Shown here one piece after another: positions 50,764-59,634 of a DNA stretch of 64,000 nucleotides. This DNA is from a virus (taxonomy: Duplodnaviria; Caudoviricetes). The stretch spans positions 1 through 64,000 of the IMG/VR virus record IMGVR_UViG_3300010398_000010; one strand, given 5' to 3'. Both the position numbers and the translations under genes were made by a program. The notes beneath the pieces were generated by a model, which saw nothing but the letters and a program-made list of their open reading frames with translations, was not told where the DNA came from and did no database searches. Numbering within the stretch: position 1 is the stretch's first letter; every line of letters starts with the position of its first letter.

Positions 50764-52043
50764 GACGCACCCCGCTGACGGTCACGGCGGGCGAACGACG
50801 ACAGAGCCGCAACGGCCTGCCAGATCTGCCCCGCCGACGCGTCGCTGACCGCGACCCCATCGGGCAGGTAGCCCGCCGCCATCTGCGCCAGCCACACCGG
50901 GGGCGTGGTGTCCGTCAGCGGGACGTGCGGGCCGAACGAGCGCGGCGGCTGGGCCGGGTCGCCCTGCGGGTTGTCAAGGCACTCATCGTCGCCCGATGAG
51001 TCCCACCAGATCCCTTGCAGGTGCGGGTGGTCGTCGGTCGCGGTGTGGATCTCATCGCCGCAGCCGGCGCAGCGGACGCCGCCGTCGTTGTCGGGGAACA
51101 GCGCGGCGAGCGCCTTGCGCAGCCCGGCGTAGTCGCACAGCCCGACCCGGACGTTGCGCCCGGTCTCGGTGTCGGTGACCGTCACATGCGGGATCTCGGT
51201 GATGTCCGCGACGAACCGCGCCGGGAGCGGCTGCCCCTCGGCGGCCGTCACCATCGCCTCGCGCAGGTCGGTGACCTGCTCATCGAAGTTGCCCCGCTCG
51301 GCGTCCGCGACGCACTCGGTGCACGCCTCGGTCATGATCGTCATGCAGGTGAAGTGGCGGCACTCGTAGGCGCAGCCGACCACGCCGGTCTTGTGCGGCA
51401 GACCGCCGCAGTCGCAGGGCGTGGCGGGCTCGGCCTGCCGGACGCACACCGGACCCTCATGGTGGTAGTGCCACGCCGCGCTGTTCGCGTCGCGTAGCTC
51501 ATCGAGCAGGTCGCCGTCGATCACGCCGTAGTCACGGGTGCCGTCGTCGCTCGGGCACCATTCGTGGTTCGCGACCCGCCCGGAGATCTCGACCGCCTCA
51601 GCGGCCAGCTGGGCATCCACCGCATCCGACACGGCGTTGGTCATGGCCATCCACGCCTCAACCGAATCATCGTCGGGGCGCTCATCGGAGAACCGGTAAT
51701 CGCACGCGCCGCACGTCTCCTGCTCGGCGTCGGTCGGGTTCATCGGGTCGGCCGTGTCCGGGCCAAGCCCCCACTGGCGGCGACCGCAGCGCGGGCACGG
51801 CTCATCGTGGGGAAAGTCGAGGTGATCCTGCCTGCGGACCTCGGCCGGGGCCATCCGGTCGCCGCAGTGGTCGATCAGGTATTGGTTGGCGTCCACGTAG
51901 TCGTGCAGCGCGGAGAACGAGCCGACGTTGCGCGGGATCTGCTTGCCCCACGGGAACGGCTTGCGCATGTCGTCGTGGATCTCGGCCATGATCGCGGCTG
52001 CCTGCTCGCGGACCTTGGCCCGGTCTATCTCGGTGGTGCTCAT
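50760..52043 (-). CDS. mosaic hypothetical protein (427 aa) with several Cys clusters
   Basis: AGGAG RBS before MSTTEID; CPRCG, CGAC, CDCGG, CAGCG. Confidence 0.75.
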   Translation of the reverse strand: MSTTEIDRAKVREQAAAIMAEIHDDMRKPFPWGKQIPRNVGSFSALHDYVDANQYLIDHCGDRMAPAEVRRQDHLDFPHDEPCPRCGRRQWGLGPDTADPMNPTDAEQETCGACDYRFSDERPDDDSVEAWMAMTNAVSDAVDAQLAAEAVEISGRVANHEWCPSDDGTRDYGVIDGDLLDELRDANSAAWHYHHEGPVCVRQAEPATPCDCGGLPHKTGVVGCAYECRHFTCMTIMTEACTECVADAERGNFDEQVTDLREAMVTAAEGQPLPARFVADITEIPHVTVTDTETGRNVRVGLCDYAGLRKALAALFPDNDGGVRCAGCGDEIHTATDDHPHLQGIWWDSSGDDECLDNPQGDPAQPPRSFGPHVPLTDTTPPVWLAQMAAGYLPDGVAVSDASAGQIWQAVAALSSFARRDRQRGAS

Positions 52044-52129
52044 CGAGTGTGTCTCCTGGTCTCGGTTTGGGTTGGGGCTGAGAACCCCGCGCGGTGGGCC
52101 AGCCGGGGCCGGCCCGCCGCGCGCGATCA

Positions 52130-53143
52130 TCAGTTCGCGGCGACCTCAAGCGCGAGCTTGGCAGCGCGTGCCTTGAGGGGTTCGGGACGGATCAGCGACC
52201 GCTTGATCTTGGTCTCCCACGACCGCGCGTCCCGCGCATGGTCGAGGTATTCGCCCGCCGCCTGCACCAGACCAGCGGCGGTGTACCGGATGCCGGCACC
52301 CTCAACGGTCTCGCTGGCCAGGATCCCTCGCACAGCTTCGCGGGCCTGCTCAACGTTGCGGGCGACCCGGTCGGTCACCAGCGGGCTTGAGGGGACGAAC
52401 TCGGTGATGAACAGTTCCTCCTGCGCCTGGCTGATCGAGACCCCGGTCAGGTGCTCCATGTACTCGACATAGTCCTTGATCTCGGAACGGACGCCCCGGA
52501 TCGCCTGCCGCGCCTCATCGGCGTGGTCGCGCCAGTTGCCCCGGTGCAGGAACGTGTACGTCGCGCCGGTCCGCTCGCCCTCAAGCTCGGCAAAGCGGAA
52601 CGTGTTGGCGCAGACGATCCGGACCGCAGTGGCCCGGAGCACCACCCCGCCCTTGGCGTCGTGCCGGGCGGTGATGGCCAGGTACGGCATGATCATGGAT
52701 CCGTCGCCGCGCACCGCGATGGGCTCATCGAGGCGGATCAGCATCCACACCTTGCGCCCACCCTCAAGCACCCCGCCGGTCTCGGCCTTGAGGTGGTCGG
52801 GGTCGGTCTCAAGGATCGCCTCAAAGATCTCCCCGAACTCACCGTGACCGATGATCGGGTAGGACTCGGCGGTCAGCGCCAGCGTGGCCCCGGTGTCGGA
52901 CCGCTGGATCTGCTTGAACTTGGGGATCTCGCGGTAGATGGGCTGGCCGGTTTCGGCGTCGATCCCATCGAGCGAGTAGACGGGGGCGTCGACCGGTTCC
53001 CAGTCGAGCCCGGCCGCAGTGCGGGCACCGGCCCACGTCTGCGGATAGTCATCGAGGATCAGGGCTTGGCCGTGGTCCTCGCTGGTGCCCTGCCACCAGA
53101 CGGGCTTGTTAACGCTGAACATCTGCTCGACAGATGCGCTCAT
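52130..53143 (-). CDS. DUF932 / TIGR03299 phage-plasmid family protein
   Basis: MFSV..PVWW...AGLDWEP; ETGGVLEGGRKVWML; YLAITARHD; TAVRIVCANT. Confidence 0.85.
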   Translation of the reverse strand: MSASVEQMFSVNKPVWWQGTSEDHGQALILDDYPQTWAGARTAAGLDWEPVDAPVYSLDGIDAETGQPIYREIPKFKQIQRSDTGATLALTAESYPIIGHGEFGEIFEAILETDPDHLKAETGGVLEGGRKVWMLIRLDEPIAVRGDGSMIMPYLAITARHDAKGGVVLRATAVRIVCANTFRFAELEGERTGATYTFLHRGNWRDHADEARQAIRGVRSEIKDYVEYMEHLTGVSISQAQEELFITEFVPSSPLVTDRVARNVEQAREAVRGILASETVEGAGIRYTAAGLVQAAGEYLDHARDARSWETKIKRSLIRPEPLKARAAKLALEVAAN

Positions 53144-53155
53144 GGCTTGTGTCTC

Positions 53156-53220
53156 CTGTTCTGTTGGTCACTACTAGAGTAACACCGAACCCCGACAAAA
53201 TCATCCGTCCAGAGCCGAAA
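53156..53220 (-). promoter_or_regulatory. leftward promoter/leader repeat, copy A
   Basis: Minus strand GGATGATTTTGTC...TTCGGTGT-TACTCT-AGTAGTGACCAACAGAACAGGAG; extended -10 TGnTAnnnT. Confidence 0.7.
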
Positions 53221-53334
53221 TCAGCCTACCAGCGCAGGCAATTTGGTCTCACAGCCTTGGTCAGCTGGGCAACGGCGACCAACGAAAAAACCCGCCCGCC
53301 GCCACCAGGGCAGCGCGGGCGGGCTCGCTCGCGG

Positions 53335-53622
53335 TCAGGATCCGATGCAGGCGTAATAGCCGGCTGCGTCAACGATCAGCCAGCCCGTCTCATCGGGGTC
53401 GGGGTAGATCTCGGCGTGCGACCCGGTGAAAAACGCCACCGCGTCCGCGATCAGGTTGGTGTCGACGCCCTCGGCGGGGATCCGCGCGTCGACCGGGTAT
53501 TTCCAGTTCTCCGGGTTCGCGACCGCGTCGAACGCGCGGTGCAGTTCGCGCTCGGTGTACTTGCCGAATGCGGGGCGCTCGTTGTCGAACTGCTCGTAAT
53601 AGCTGTCTGGCTTGATGGGCAT
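53335..53622 (-). CDS. hypothetical protein (95 aa)
   Basis: MPIKPDSYYEQF...AFDAVANPENWKYPVDA...DAVAFFTG...GYYA. Confidence 0.7.
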   Translation of the reverse strand: MPIKPDSYYEQFDNERPAFGKYTERELHRAFDAVANPENWKYPVDARIPAEGVDTNLIADAVAFFTGSHAEIYPDPDETGWLIVDAAGYYACIGS

Positions 53623-53623
53623 G

Positions 53624-54193
53624 TCAGTTGTCCTTGATCTCGTTTGCTGGGTGGGTTCGGCCGCAGGTGACGCAGTGGCCGTCCATGATGGCGTGCTCAA
53701 CGCCTTGGGGGCTCGGCCAGAGCCGCACGCCCGGCGGCAGCGGGCGTGGCAGGTCGGGGACGCCGCGCAGTTCCTCGCCGGCGTGCTGGGAACCGGGCTC
53801 GCCGCACCCGCACTGGCGGCACCACGGCTCGGTGTCATGACCGTCCGGGTCGCCGCTGAACGGGTGGCTGGGGCTGCCCGCCTGCATCCACGCACCCGAC
53901 CGGGTCATCGCCTCATCGAGGTCGACGCAGCGGGTCAGCCACTCAACCGGCTCGCCGCCGGCCTGGGCATTCAGCGCCTCTTCGCCGGTCAGGAACCGGG
54001 AGTAGCGCGAGCGGGCACGCGGGTTCGGGTTGACGATCCCGGCCACGACGCCCCGGAACGTCGCGCCGCCCCGCGGGCGCAGCGTCAGTTCGTAGACGCG
54101 GGCACCCTCGCGGACAGCGGTCGCCACCTGGTCGCGGGTGATGTCGATCCGGTCGGATCCGTAGCCGATGGTGTAGAGCCTGGCCGCGCTCAT
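53624..54193 (-). CDS. hypothetical protein with C-terminal Cys/His clusters
   Basis: 189 aa, coupled. Confidence 0.65.
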   Translation of the reverse strand: MSAARLYTIGYGSDRIDITRDQVATAVREGARVYELTLRPRGGATFRGVVAGIVNPNPRARSRYSRFLTGEEALNAQAGGEPVEWLTRCVDLDEAMTRSGAWMQAGSPSHPFSGDPDGHDTEPWCRQCGCGEPGSQHAGEELRGVPDLPRPLPPGVRLWPSPQGVEHAIMDGHCVTCGRTHPANEIKDN

Positions 54194-54543
54194 GGCCGGT
54201 TTTCCGTTGGGGTGGGCTGCTCCGGGATCTCATCGCCATAGGCGGGCATCCCGCAGCGGGTGCAGTTGTAGGTCGCGTCCGGGCCGGGCTCAGCCGGCGG
54301 GTCGCCGGGCTCGGCGGGCACCAGCCGCCAGAGGTGATCGCAGTGGGTGTAGCGCCGCGCCGCGAGCCCCACGGCCGGCTGCGCCGCCTGCCGCACGATG
54401 GCGTGCAGGTTGTGGCACAGCCGGCGGTCGGTGGCCCGGCCGAGGCTGGCGATCAGGCCGTCAGCCCCGGCGCGGGTGAACGGGCCGGCGGCGTAGTCCG
54501 CGCAGACGACCCAGTGATCCTTGGGGGTGGTTGGCTTGCTCAT
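54190..54543 (-). CDS. hypothetical protein
   Basis: 117 aa; CxH and CxxC. Confidence 0.6.
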   Translation of the reverse strand: MSKPTTPKDHWVVCADYAAGPFTRAGADGLIASLGRATDRRLCHNLHAIVRQAAQPAVGLAARRYTHCDHLWRLVPAEPGDPPAEPGPDATYNCTRCGMPAYGDEIPEQPTPTENRP

Positions 54544-54544
54544 G

Positions 54545-54733
54545 TCAGTCCGTCCAGTCGGGTTGGCTGGTGTGCAGTTCGATGGCGGCGGGCTCGGCCC
54601 GGCCGCCCGGGTGGCGCACCGCGAGGTGCGTCTTGGCCTGGGTCACGTCCGACCGGCTGTAATCGTCGTTCAGGACGTGCACCGGCAGATCCGGGCGGGC
54701 GAGCAGCCAGGCGGCTAGTTCGTGCGAGGTCAC
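54545..54733 (-). CDS. hypothetical protein (62 aa)
   Basis: VTSHELAAWLLARPDLPV; GTGA coupling. Confidence 0.6.
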   Translation of the reverse strand: MTSHELAAWLLARPDLPVHVLNDDYSRSDVTQAKTHLAVRHPGGRAEPAAIELHTSQPDWTD

Positions 54734-55122
54734 CGGGCACCGCCTCGGTCTGCCTCGCACTGCTCATCCCAGCGGTGCTCCCACAGCGCCTCTTCCACGC
54801 GCGCCTTGATGGCCCCCCCGGTGCGGGAGTCCCACCCGCAAGAGCAGGCCACGTCGTACCCGGCCCACCGGCCACGCATGGTCGCCGTGTGGGGGATCCG
54901 CGTGGTGGGCTCGCCCCACCCGCCGGCGTAGACCGACCAGGTGGCGCGGTGCTCGGCCAAGATCTCGGCGCGGATGCCGTAAGTGGTCCGGCCCGTGCGG
55001 GGCAGGGGTGCGGAGATCCACGCCGGGCTGTTGGCGGTTGCTTCCAGTTCCGGGCCGGCCCGCCACGGGGCCAGCGCGTCGGGCACGTCGTTGCGGCCGG
55101 GCTGCGGACGGTCGGTCGTCAT
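54730..55122 (-). CDS. hypothetical protein
   Basis: 130 aa; YDVACSCGWDSRTGG...LWEH. Confidence 0.65.
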   Translation of the reverse strand: MTTDRPQPGRNDVPDALAPWRAGPELEATANSPAWISAPLPRTGRTTYGIRAEILAEHRATWSVYAGGWGEPTTRIPHTATMRGRWAGYDVACSCGWDSRTGGAIKARVEEALWEHRWDEQCEADRGGAR

Positions 55123-55520
55123 CGGGCACCGCCGTTGGGGCAGGCGAGGTCGCCGCAGCTTTCGCCGCGCTCAAGCGCCTCATTGGAGCAGAGGCAGATC
55201 TCAACATCCTCGGCCGTGCCGGGCTGGTCGCCGGGGCAGCGGTCGCAGTCGCGGCCGGTGCACCCGTGGGGCTCGATGTCCGGCACGCCGAACGCGCGGC
55301 GCACCAGATCCCGGGCCGGTGCCTCGCGCAAGATCTCCGACGCCTCGGCCCACGCCATCGCGTAGCGGTACATGTCGGTGTCGGGTGCCTGGTACCAATC
55401 GGCCAGGAACGCCGTCACGACCCGCTCGCCCTCGCGGCCCTCAAGCGCCCGGAACGCCGGGATCTCAAGCAGCGCCGTGAAAGCGAGCGAGCGGTCTATG
55501 TCGAGTTTGGTCTTGGTCAT
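55119..55520 (-). CDS. hypothetical protein, Cys-rich C-terminus
   Basis: 133 aa, coupled. Confidence 0.65.
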   Translation of the reverse strand: MTKTKLDIDRSLAFTALLEIPAFRALEGREGERVVTAFLADWYQAPDTDMYRYAMAWAEASEILREAPARDLVRRAFGVPDIEPHGCTGRDCDRCPGDQPGTAEDVEICLCSNEALERGESCGDLACPNGGAR

Positions 55521-55855
55521 CGGGTCTCAGTCCCTCCGTGGATCTCGCACCCGGCGATGGGTCCGGTGATGTTGTCCAGATCGTCGCGGTGCCCCTTGTA
55601 GCAGGTGCACGTCGCGGCAAGCTGCGAGTCGAGGTGCGCGGCAAGGCGCTCGTTGCGGTCGCCGCGCGCCTTGACCAGCTGGCGCTCAACCGCAGCGGTG
55701 ATGATCGCCGGGTCGACGCCGGGGTGCAGCTTGGCGTACAGCTGCGGCAGGTCGGCCATGAGGCCGAGGCGCTGCTCGGGGCCGGCGCGGTACAGGAACC
55801 ACTCAACGACGGCCTCAAGTTCTCCGGTGCTGAGCGGGTGCTTGTCGGAAAGCAT
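55517..55855 (-). CDS. hypothetical protein
   Basis: GAGGGAG RBS before MLSDKH; CTC...CxxH. Confidence 0.7.
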   Translation of the reverse strand: MLSDKHPLSTGELEAVVEWFLYRAGPEQRLGLMADLPQLYAKLHPGVDPAIITAAVERQLVKARGDRNERLAAHLDSQLAATCTCYKGHRDDLDNITGPIAGCEIHGGTETR

Positions 55856-55869
55856 CTGGGGTTCTCCCT

Positions 55870-55935
55870 CTGTTCTGTTGGTCACTACTAGGATAACACC
55901 GAAGGCAGACAAAATCATCCGCCCAGAGACGATCC
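55870..55935 (-). promoter_or_regulatory. leftward promoter/leader repeat, copy B
   Basis: Minus strand GGATGATTTTGTC...TTCGGTGT-TATCCT-AGTAGTGACCAACAGAACAG; near-identical to copy A. Confidence 0.7.
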
Positions 55936-55975
55936 CAGCCGATTAGAGCAGGGTATCTCTGGGCGGATGCGTGGG

Positions 55976-56161
55976 TCAGCGCTGGACAAGCTGCGGGCCG
56001 ACGAACCACGCGAGCGACCCGTCCAGCCGTTCCCGCAGCGATGCGGTCCACCGCTCGCAGGCCAGCTTGGGGATGTGCCGGGCATGGCTCTTGGCACCGC
56101 GCTCGGTGCTCGCGTGGCCGATGACCGACCCGTTGGGCGCGTAGATCACTGGGTGCCTCAT
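55976..56161 (-). CDS. hypothetical protein
   Basis: 61 aa; ATGA coupling. Confidence 0.55.
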   Translation of the reverse strand: MRHPVIYAPNGSVIGHASTERGAKSHARHIPKLACERWTASLRERLDGSLAWFVGPQLVQR

Positions 56162-56589
56162 GCCGCCGCCTCTTCCACCTGGTCAACGTCGACCAGCGAC
56201 AGCCGCACCACCCGGTGCGCGTACCGGTGGCCCGGTCCCATCGCGGCGTTCGCGGTCTCGGCGTAGCGCGCCGCAGCCGTCAGGTCGAACGGGTGCCCGT
56301 CCGCGCCGTGGGTCACGGCCTTGCCACCGGCCGTCGTGTCGAGCACGGCGTAGGTCGGTAGCTCGGCCAGGTCTGCCAACTGCCAGCCCTCATGCTCAGC
56401 GAGCGCGGCCAGATCATCGAGGCTCGGGGAGTACCAGCGGTCACGGTCGCGGGGACCGGTCCGCCGCAGGTACTCACGCGGCTGATAGTGCTTGGCTGGG
56501 TCGCCGGGCTTGGACGGGTTCGGCGTCTGGCTCAGCGTTATCTGCTCAACGGTGACGCCACTTGGGGTGGCGTACCGGCCGGTGCTCAT
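56158..56589 (-). CDS. hypothetical protein
   Basis: 143 aa; AGGAG RBS within leader copy C. Confidence 0.7.
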   Translation of the reverse strand: MSTGRYATPSGVTVEQITLSQTPNPSKPGDPAKHYQPREYLRRTGPRDRDRWYSPSLDDLAALAEHEGWQLADLAELPTYAVLDTTAGGKAVTHGADGHPFDLTAAARYAETANAAMGPGHRYAHRVVRLSLVDVDQVEEAAA

Positions 56590-56601
56590 CGGATTGGTCT
56601 C

Positions 56602-56691
56602 CTGTTCTGTTGGTCATCAGTGACAACAACGAACAGAGCCGAAACCTTCCGTGCAGTGGTTAATCGAGACGATCCGGGGTACCCTCAACCT
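56602..56691. promoter_or_regulatory. divergent control region: leader copy C, two shared boxes and a probable leaderless rightward promoter
   Basis: CTGTTCTGTTGGTCA 56602-56616; AGAGCCGAAA 56635 (also at 53211); GAGACGATCC 56666 (also at 55926); TACCCT 6 nt before ATG 56692. Confidence 0.6.
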
Positions 56692-56925
56692 ATGAGCTAC
56701 AACGACCACCAGATCGAGATCACCGATCCCGATGACCTGCTCGCTGACCGGGGCGTGGCCCACGAACTGCGGTTCACGACCCGCCTCGGCGGCAACTCAT
56801 CGAGCACCGAAGTGATCCACCTGACCGAAACCGACCTTGACCAGCTGGCCTACGCGGTCGCCGCCCGGCGGCTCGACCAGCGCCGCAAGTCCGGCGCAGC
56901 CTGGCCAGCCGGCAAGACCAGCTAG
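56692..56925 (+). CDS. hypothetical protein (77 aa)
   Basis: First rightward gene; no SD, ATG 6 nt after a -10-like hexamer. Confidence 0.65.
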   Translation: MSYNDHQIEITDPDDLLADRGVAHELRFTTRLGGNSSSTEVIHLTETDLDQLAYAVAARRLDQRRKSGAAWPAGKTS

Positions 56926-56939
56926 GGAGGCACACACCG

Positions 56940-57188
56940 ATGGCAGACACCGCCAAGCGCGCCCGGCGCAAGACCCCGGTCGACCGGACTGCGCTCACGC
57001 GCCTGCGCCTGGAAAAGGGCTGGACGATCAGCGAGCTATCACGCCAGTCCGGCGTGACCGCCTCGCACATTTCGGCGGTCGAGCAGGGCGCGGACATCCG
57101 CATCACCACACTCGCCAAGCTGGCCGACGCGCTGGGCGTCCGCCTGCCGGCGATGCTGCTGCCACAGAACGGAGACAGCGATGGCTGA
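56940..57188 (+). CDS. XRE/Cro-like HTH transcriptional regulator
   Basis: LTRLRLEKGWTISELSRQSGVTASHISAVEQG...TLAKLADALGV. Confidence 0.9.
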   Translation: MADTAKRARRKTPVDRTALTRLRLEKGWTISELSRQSGVTASHISAVEQGADIRITTLAKLADALGVRLPAMLLPQNGDSDG

Positions 57189-57384
57189 GACCCTGCACAA
57201 CACGCTGCCGATCCACGCCGACCTAGCGCGGAAGATCGCAGACGACGCCATCGGCCTGTTCCTTGAGTACCGCGACCAGTTCGGCTACGCCGAGGGTGAG
57301 GCGCGGGCGCAAGCGCTCATCGACGTTGCTGAGGGCGCGTCGGTGGACATCGAGGCGATGCGCGATGAAGAGGCCGCACCCTGA
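57181..57384 (+). CDS. hypothetical protein
   Basis: 67 aa, coupled. Confidence 0.65.
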   Translation: MAETLHNTLPIHADLARKIADDAIGLFLEYRDQFGYAEGEARAQALIDVAEGASVDIEAMRDEEAAP

Positions 57385-57557
57385 TGTGGCACGCGATCCT
57401 CTGGCCCATCTGGCTCGGCGTCGCCGGGACCATCGCCCGCAAGGCGCATGACGATTGGGTCAACCCGAATGAGTCGCGGGGCGTGACCCTGTTCCTGATC
57501 GCCGTGTTCGGGACCGTGCTCGCGGTCGCCGCGTTCTGCATCTGGCGGTTCGCATGA
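57384..57557 (+). CDS. small membrane protein (57 aa)
   Basis: Two hydrophobic segments; TGATG and ATGA coupling. Confidence 0.6.
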   Translation: MWHAILWPIWLGVAGTIARKAHDDWVNPNESRGVTLFLIAVFGTVLAVAAFCIWRFA

Positions 57558-57739
57558 GCCGCAGCGATCAGGCCAAGCTGACCGGCCGCGCGCCGGTCTC
57601 AAGCCAGCAAGGTCTGTACGGCACCGATGGCGGCGCGACCGATCACCACCCGGCCGGCTGCGACTGCCGCCAGTGCCGACGCCTGCGCGTGGCCGAGACC
57701 CGCCGTCGGCGCAAGAAGCTGATGCGAGGCGTGACATGA
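57554..57739 (+). CDS. hypothetical protein (CDCRQC)
   Basis: 61 aa, coupled. Confidence 0.55.
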   Translation: MSRSDQAKLTGRAPVSSQQGLYGTDGGATDHHPAGCDCRQCRRLRVAETRRRRKKLMRGVT

Positions 57740-58014
57740 GGCTCCCCGGCGAGTGCACCGGATGCCACCGGCCCCGGCAGGTCTTGGTGACCGGCGCGGC
57801 GCTGGCCACCGCCGCCGCCCGGGGCAGGCCCGGCATCCCGCAAGGGCTCTGCGCCGACTGCGAGGATCCGCACACCGGCACCTGCCGCCACTGTGACAAG
57901 CCGGTCCGCCGCAACGGTGCCGGCGTGTGGGGGGCTCGCGCCCGCAACGACCCGCACCCGTGGTACTGCGCCGCCGAACCCCATCCCGACCCCCACCGGA
58001 GACACCACCCATGA
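57736..58014 (+). CDS. Zn-finger-rich hypothetical protein
   Basis: CTGC, CADC, CRHC, WYC. Confidence 0.6.
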   Translation: MRLPGECTGCHRPRQVLVTGAALATAAARGRPGIPQGLCADCEDPHTGTCRHCDKPVRRNGAGVWGARARNDPHPWYCAAEPHPDPHRRHHP

Positions 58015-58343
58015 CCCGCGACGCCCGCACGTTCCGCAAGCTGACCGCCGATGAGGTGATCGCTGAGCTTGAGCGGCAGTGCCGCCTGCGCGGCATCAGC
58101 TGCGGCGACCCCGAATGCACCGACCCGGCGCACCGCGTCAGCTGGGAACGGATCGAGCCCGGCGACTGCGACTGCCACCACCCGCCGATGCGGCACGACC
58201 GGTGGGTCATCACCTGGGCCGGCCGGGACCGGCTGATCACCGACTTTGCGATCAAGAGCTACGGCCGGCGTCACATTGAGAAGCTGCTCCGCGACCTGCC
58301 GCCGCTGCCCGAACAGGCGTGGGCGGCGGACACCCACGGGTAG
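58011..58343 (+). CDS. hypothetical protein
   Basis: GGAG RBS; 110 aa with Cys/His. Confidence 0.65.
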   Translation: MTRDARTFRKLTADEVIAELERQCRLRGISCGDPECTDPAHRVSWERIEPGDCDCHHPPMRHDRWVITWAGRDRLITDFAIKSYGRRHIEKLLRDLPPLPEQAWAADTHG

Positions 58344-58349
58344 GCCGGC

Positions 58350-58613
58350 GTGGAACCCTGCCCGGTGCCGATCTCGCCGCCGCCGCCGTGGACCCCGCAT
58401 CAGATCAGCGGCGGCGTGTTCTGGTGCCCCGACCCGGCAGCGCCGGGTCCGCCGCTGCTGCCGGCGCTGCTGCTGTTCGCGTGGCACCTGCTGACCGCCG
58501 CCGCGCTGATCATCATGGCGTTCACGGTGATCCGCGCGAACGCCGGCCCCTGGCTTGAGCGCGCGATGCGGCCGGTGCTGTGGAACACCACCAACGGGCG
58601 GCAGCCGCAATGA
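58350..58613 (+). CDS. membrane protein
   Basis: 87 aa; LLPALLLFAWHLLTAAALIIMAFTVI. Confidence 0.55.
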   Translation: MEPCPVPISPPPPWTPHQISGGVFWCPDPAAPGPPLLPALLLFAWHLLTAAALIIMAFTVIRANAGPWLERAMRPVLWNTTNGRQPQ

Positions 58614-58870
58614 GAACCCGCCCCGACCTGCTCTGGCCGGTCGAAACGGACGACCCGCCGCAGGCCGCCCGCCGCGACGCCTCATGGTGGGACCGGCCCG
58701 GCACCGCCTACACCTACCACGTCGCCACCACCTACATGAGCGCGTGCTGTTTCCGCGACCAGCCGTTAGCCGAATTCACCGCGCGACCCGCCGCCGAGGT
58801 GCCACCGTTTCAGCGGTGCGGGCGACCCGCCTGCCGCAAACGCTGGCCCGACTATGAGGGGAACCCATGA
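58610..58870 (+). CDS. hypothetical protein
   Basis: 86 aa; YH...ACC...RCGRPAC; coupled. Confidence 0.6.
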   Translation: MRTRPDLLWPVETDDPPQAARRDASWWDRPGTAYTYHVATTYMSACCFRDQPLAEFTARPAAEVPPFQRCGRPACRKRWPDYEGNP

Positions 58871-59187
58871 AAGACCGTTCAGCTACCCACGCCGCCGCTG
58901 TCTTGCGCCAGCCGGTCACGATCCGGGTCTGGCACCTGCTGGCCGTCGCCGCCATCGTCGCCCTTGGGATCGCCGGGTGCGGCGCGAAGTTCAGCGAGCC
59001 ATTCAAGGACGCGCCGCGGGCGGGGCCGACGAACTCGGCACCGGCTCAGGTCATCGAAATGCCGGACGGGTTCAACAACATGGCCACCAAATGCGATCAC
59101 GGGTTCCGGATCTGGGCCAGCTATCACGGTGATGGTGGCTACGGGTTCGGTTTCGCCCAGCCCGACCCGGCCTGCCAAGGCAAATAG
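58867..59187 (+). CDS. putative lipoprotein
   Basis: Hydrophobic stretch ending in lipobox-like LGIAGC; MPDGFNNMATKCDHG. Confidence 0.7.
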   Translation: MKDRSATHAAAVLRQPVTIRVWHLLAVAAIVALGIAGCGAKFSEPFKDAPRAGPTNSAPAQVIEMPDGFNNMATKCDHGFRIWASYHGDGGYGFGFAQPDPACQGK

Positions 59188-59233
59188 CTCCGGGGCAACT
59201 CGGCCCCGGTGAGTGGAAGGAAACCAACAACCG

Positions 59234-59620
59234 ATGATCAGACGACTAGCAGCCATCGCCGCCGTCTGCGCCGCGCTCGCCACGGGCAGCGCAGCGCTCG
59301 CGACGGTTCCCGCGTCGGCCTCACCAACCGGGCCGGCGAGCGCGACCGCCCAGCACGCCTCGACCGCCGCAGCGCGGCGCTGTTCCACCACCGGGCAGAA
59401 CCTCCGCGTCACCCACAACAGCACCGAAACCGTGCTGACGATCATCACCCGCCGCTGCGGCCGGTCCTACCGGGCGTGGCTGCGCACCCGCACCGGGGTG
59501 AAGCGCGTCGGCGTCTGGCGCACGTCGGGCCAATCAGTCGTGCTCGGTAACGGCTTTGACGGCGGCTGGCAGCGGGAGCCGACCGGCGGCGGGACGCTCA
59601 CCACCCACACCAGCTACTAG
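59234..59620 (+). CDS. putative secreted protein
   Basis: Signal peptide MIRRLAAIAAVCAALATGSAALATVPASA. Confidence 0.7.
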   Translation: MIRRLAAIAAVCAALATGSAALATVPASASPTGPASATAQHASTAAARRCSTTGQNLRVTHNSTETVLTIITRRCGRSYRAWLRTRTGVKRVGVWRTSGQSVVLGNGFDGGWQREPTGGGTLTTHTSY

Positions 59621-59634
59621 CAGGTGAGCCGCAG

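Noticed and set aside
57285-58685. 466-aa minus-strand ORF
   Set aside because: Shadow of a run of tightly coupled + strand genes; low-complexity translation.
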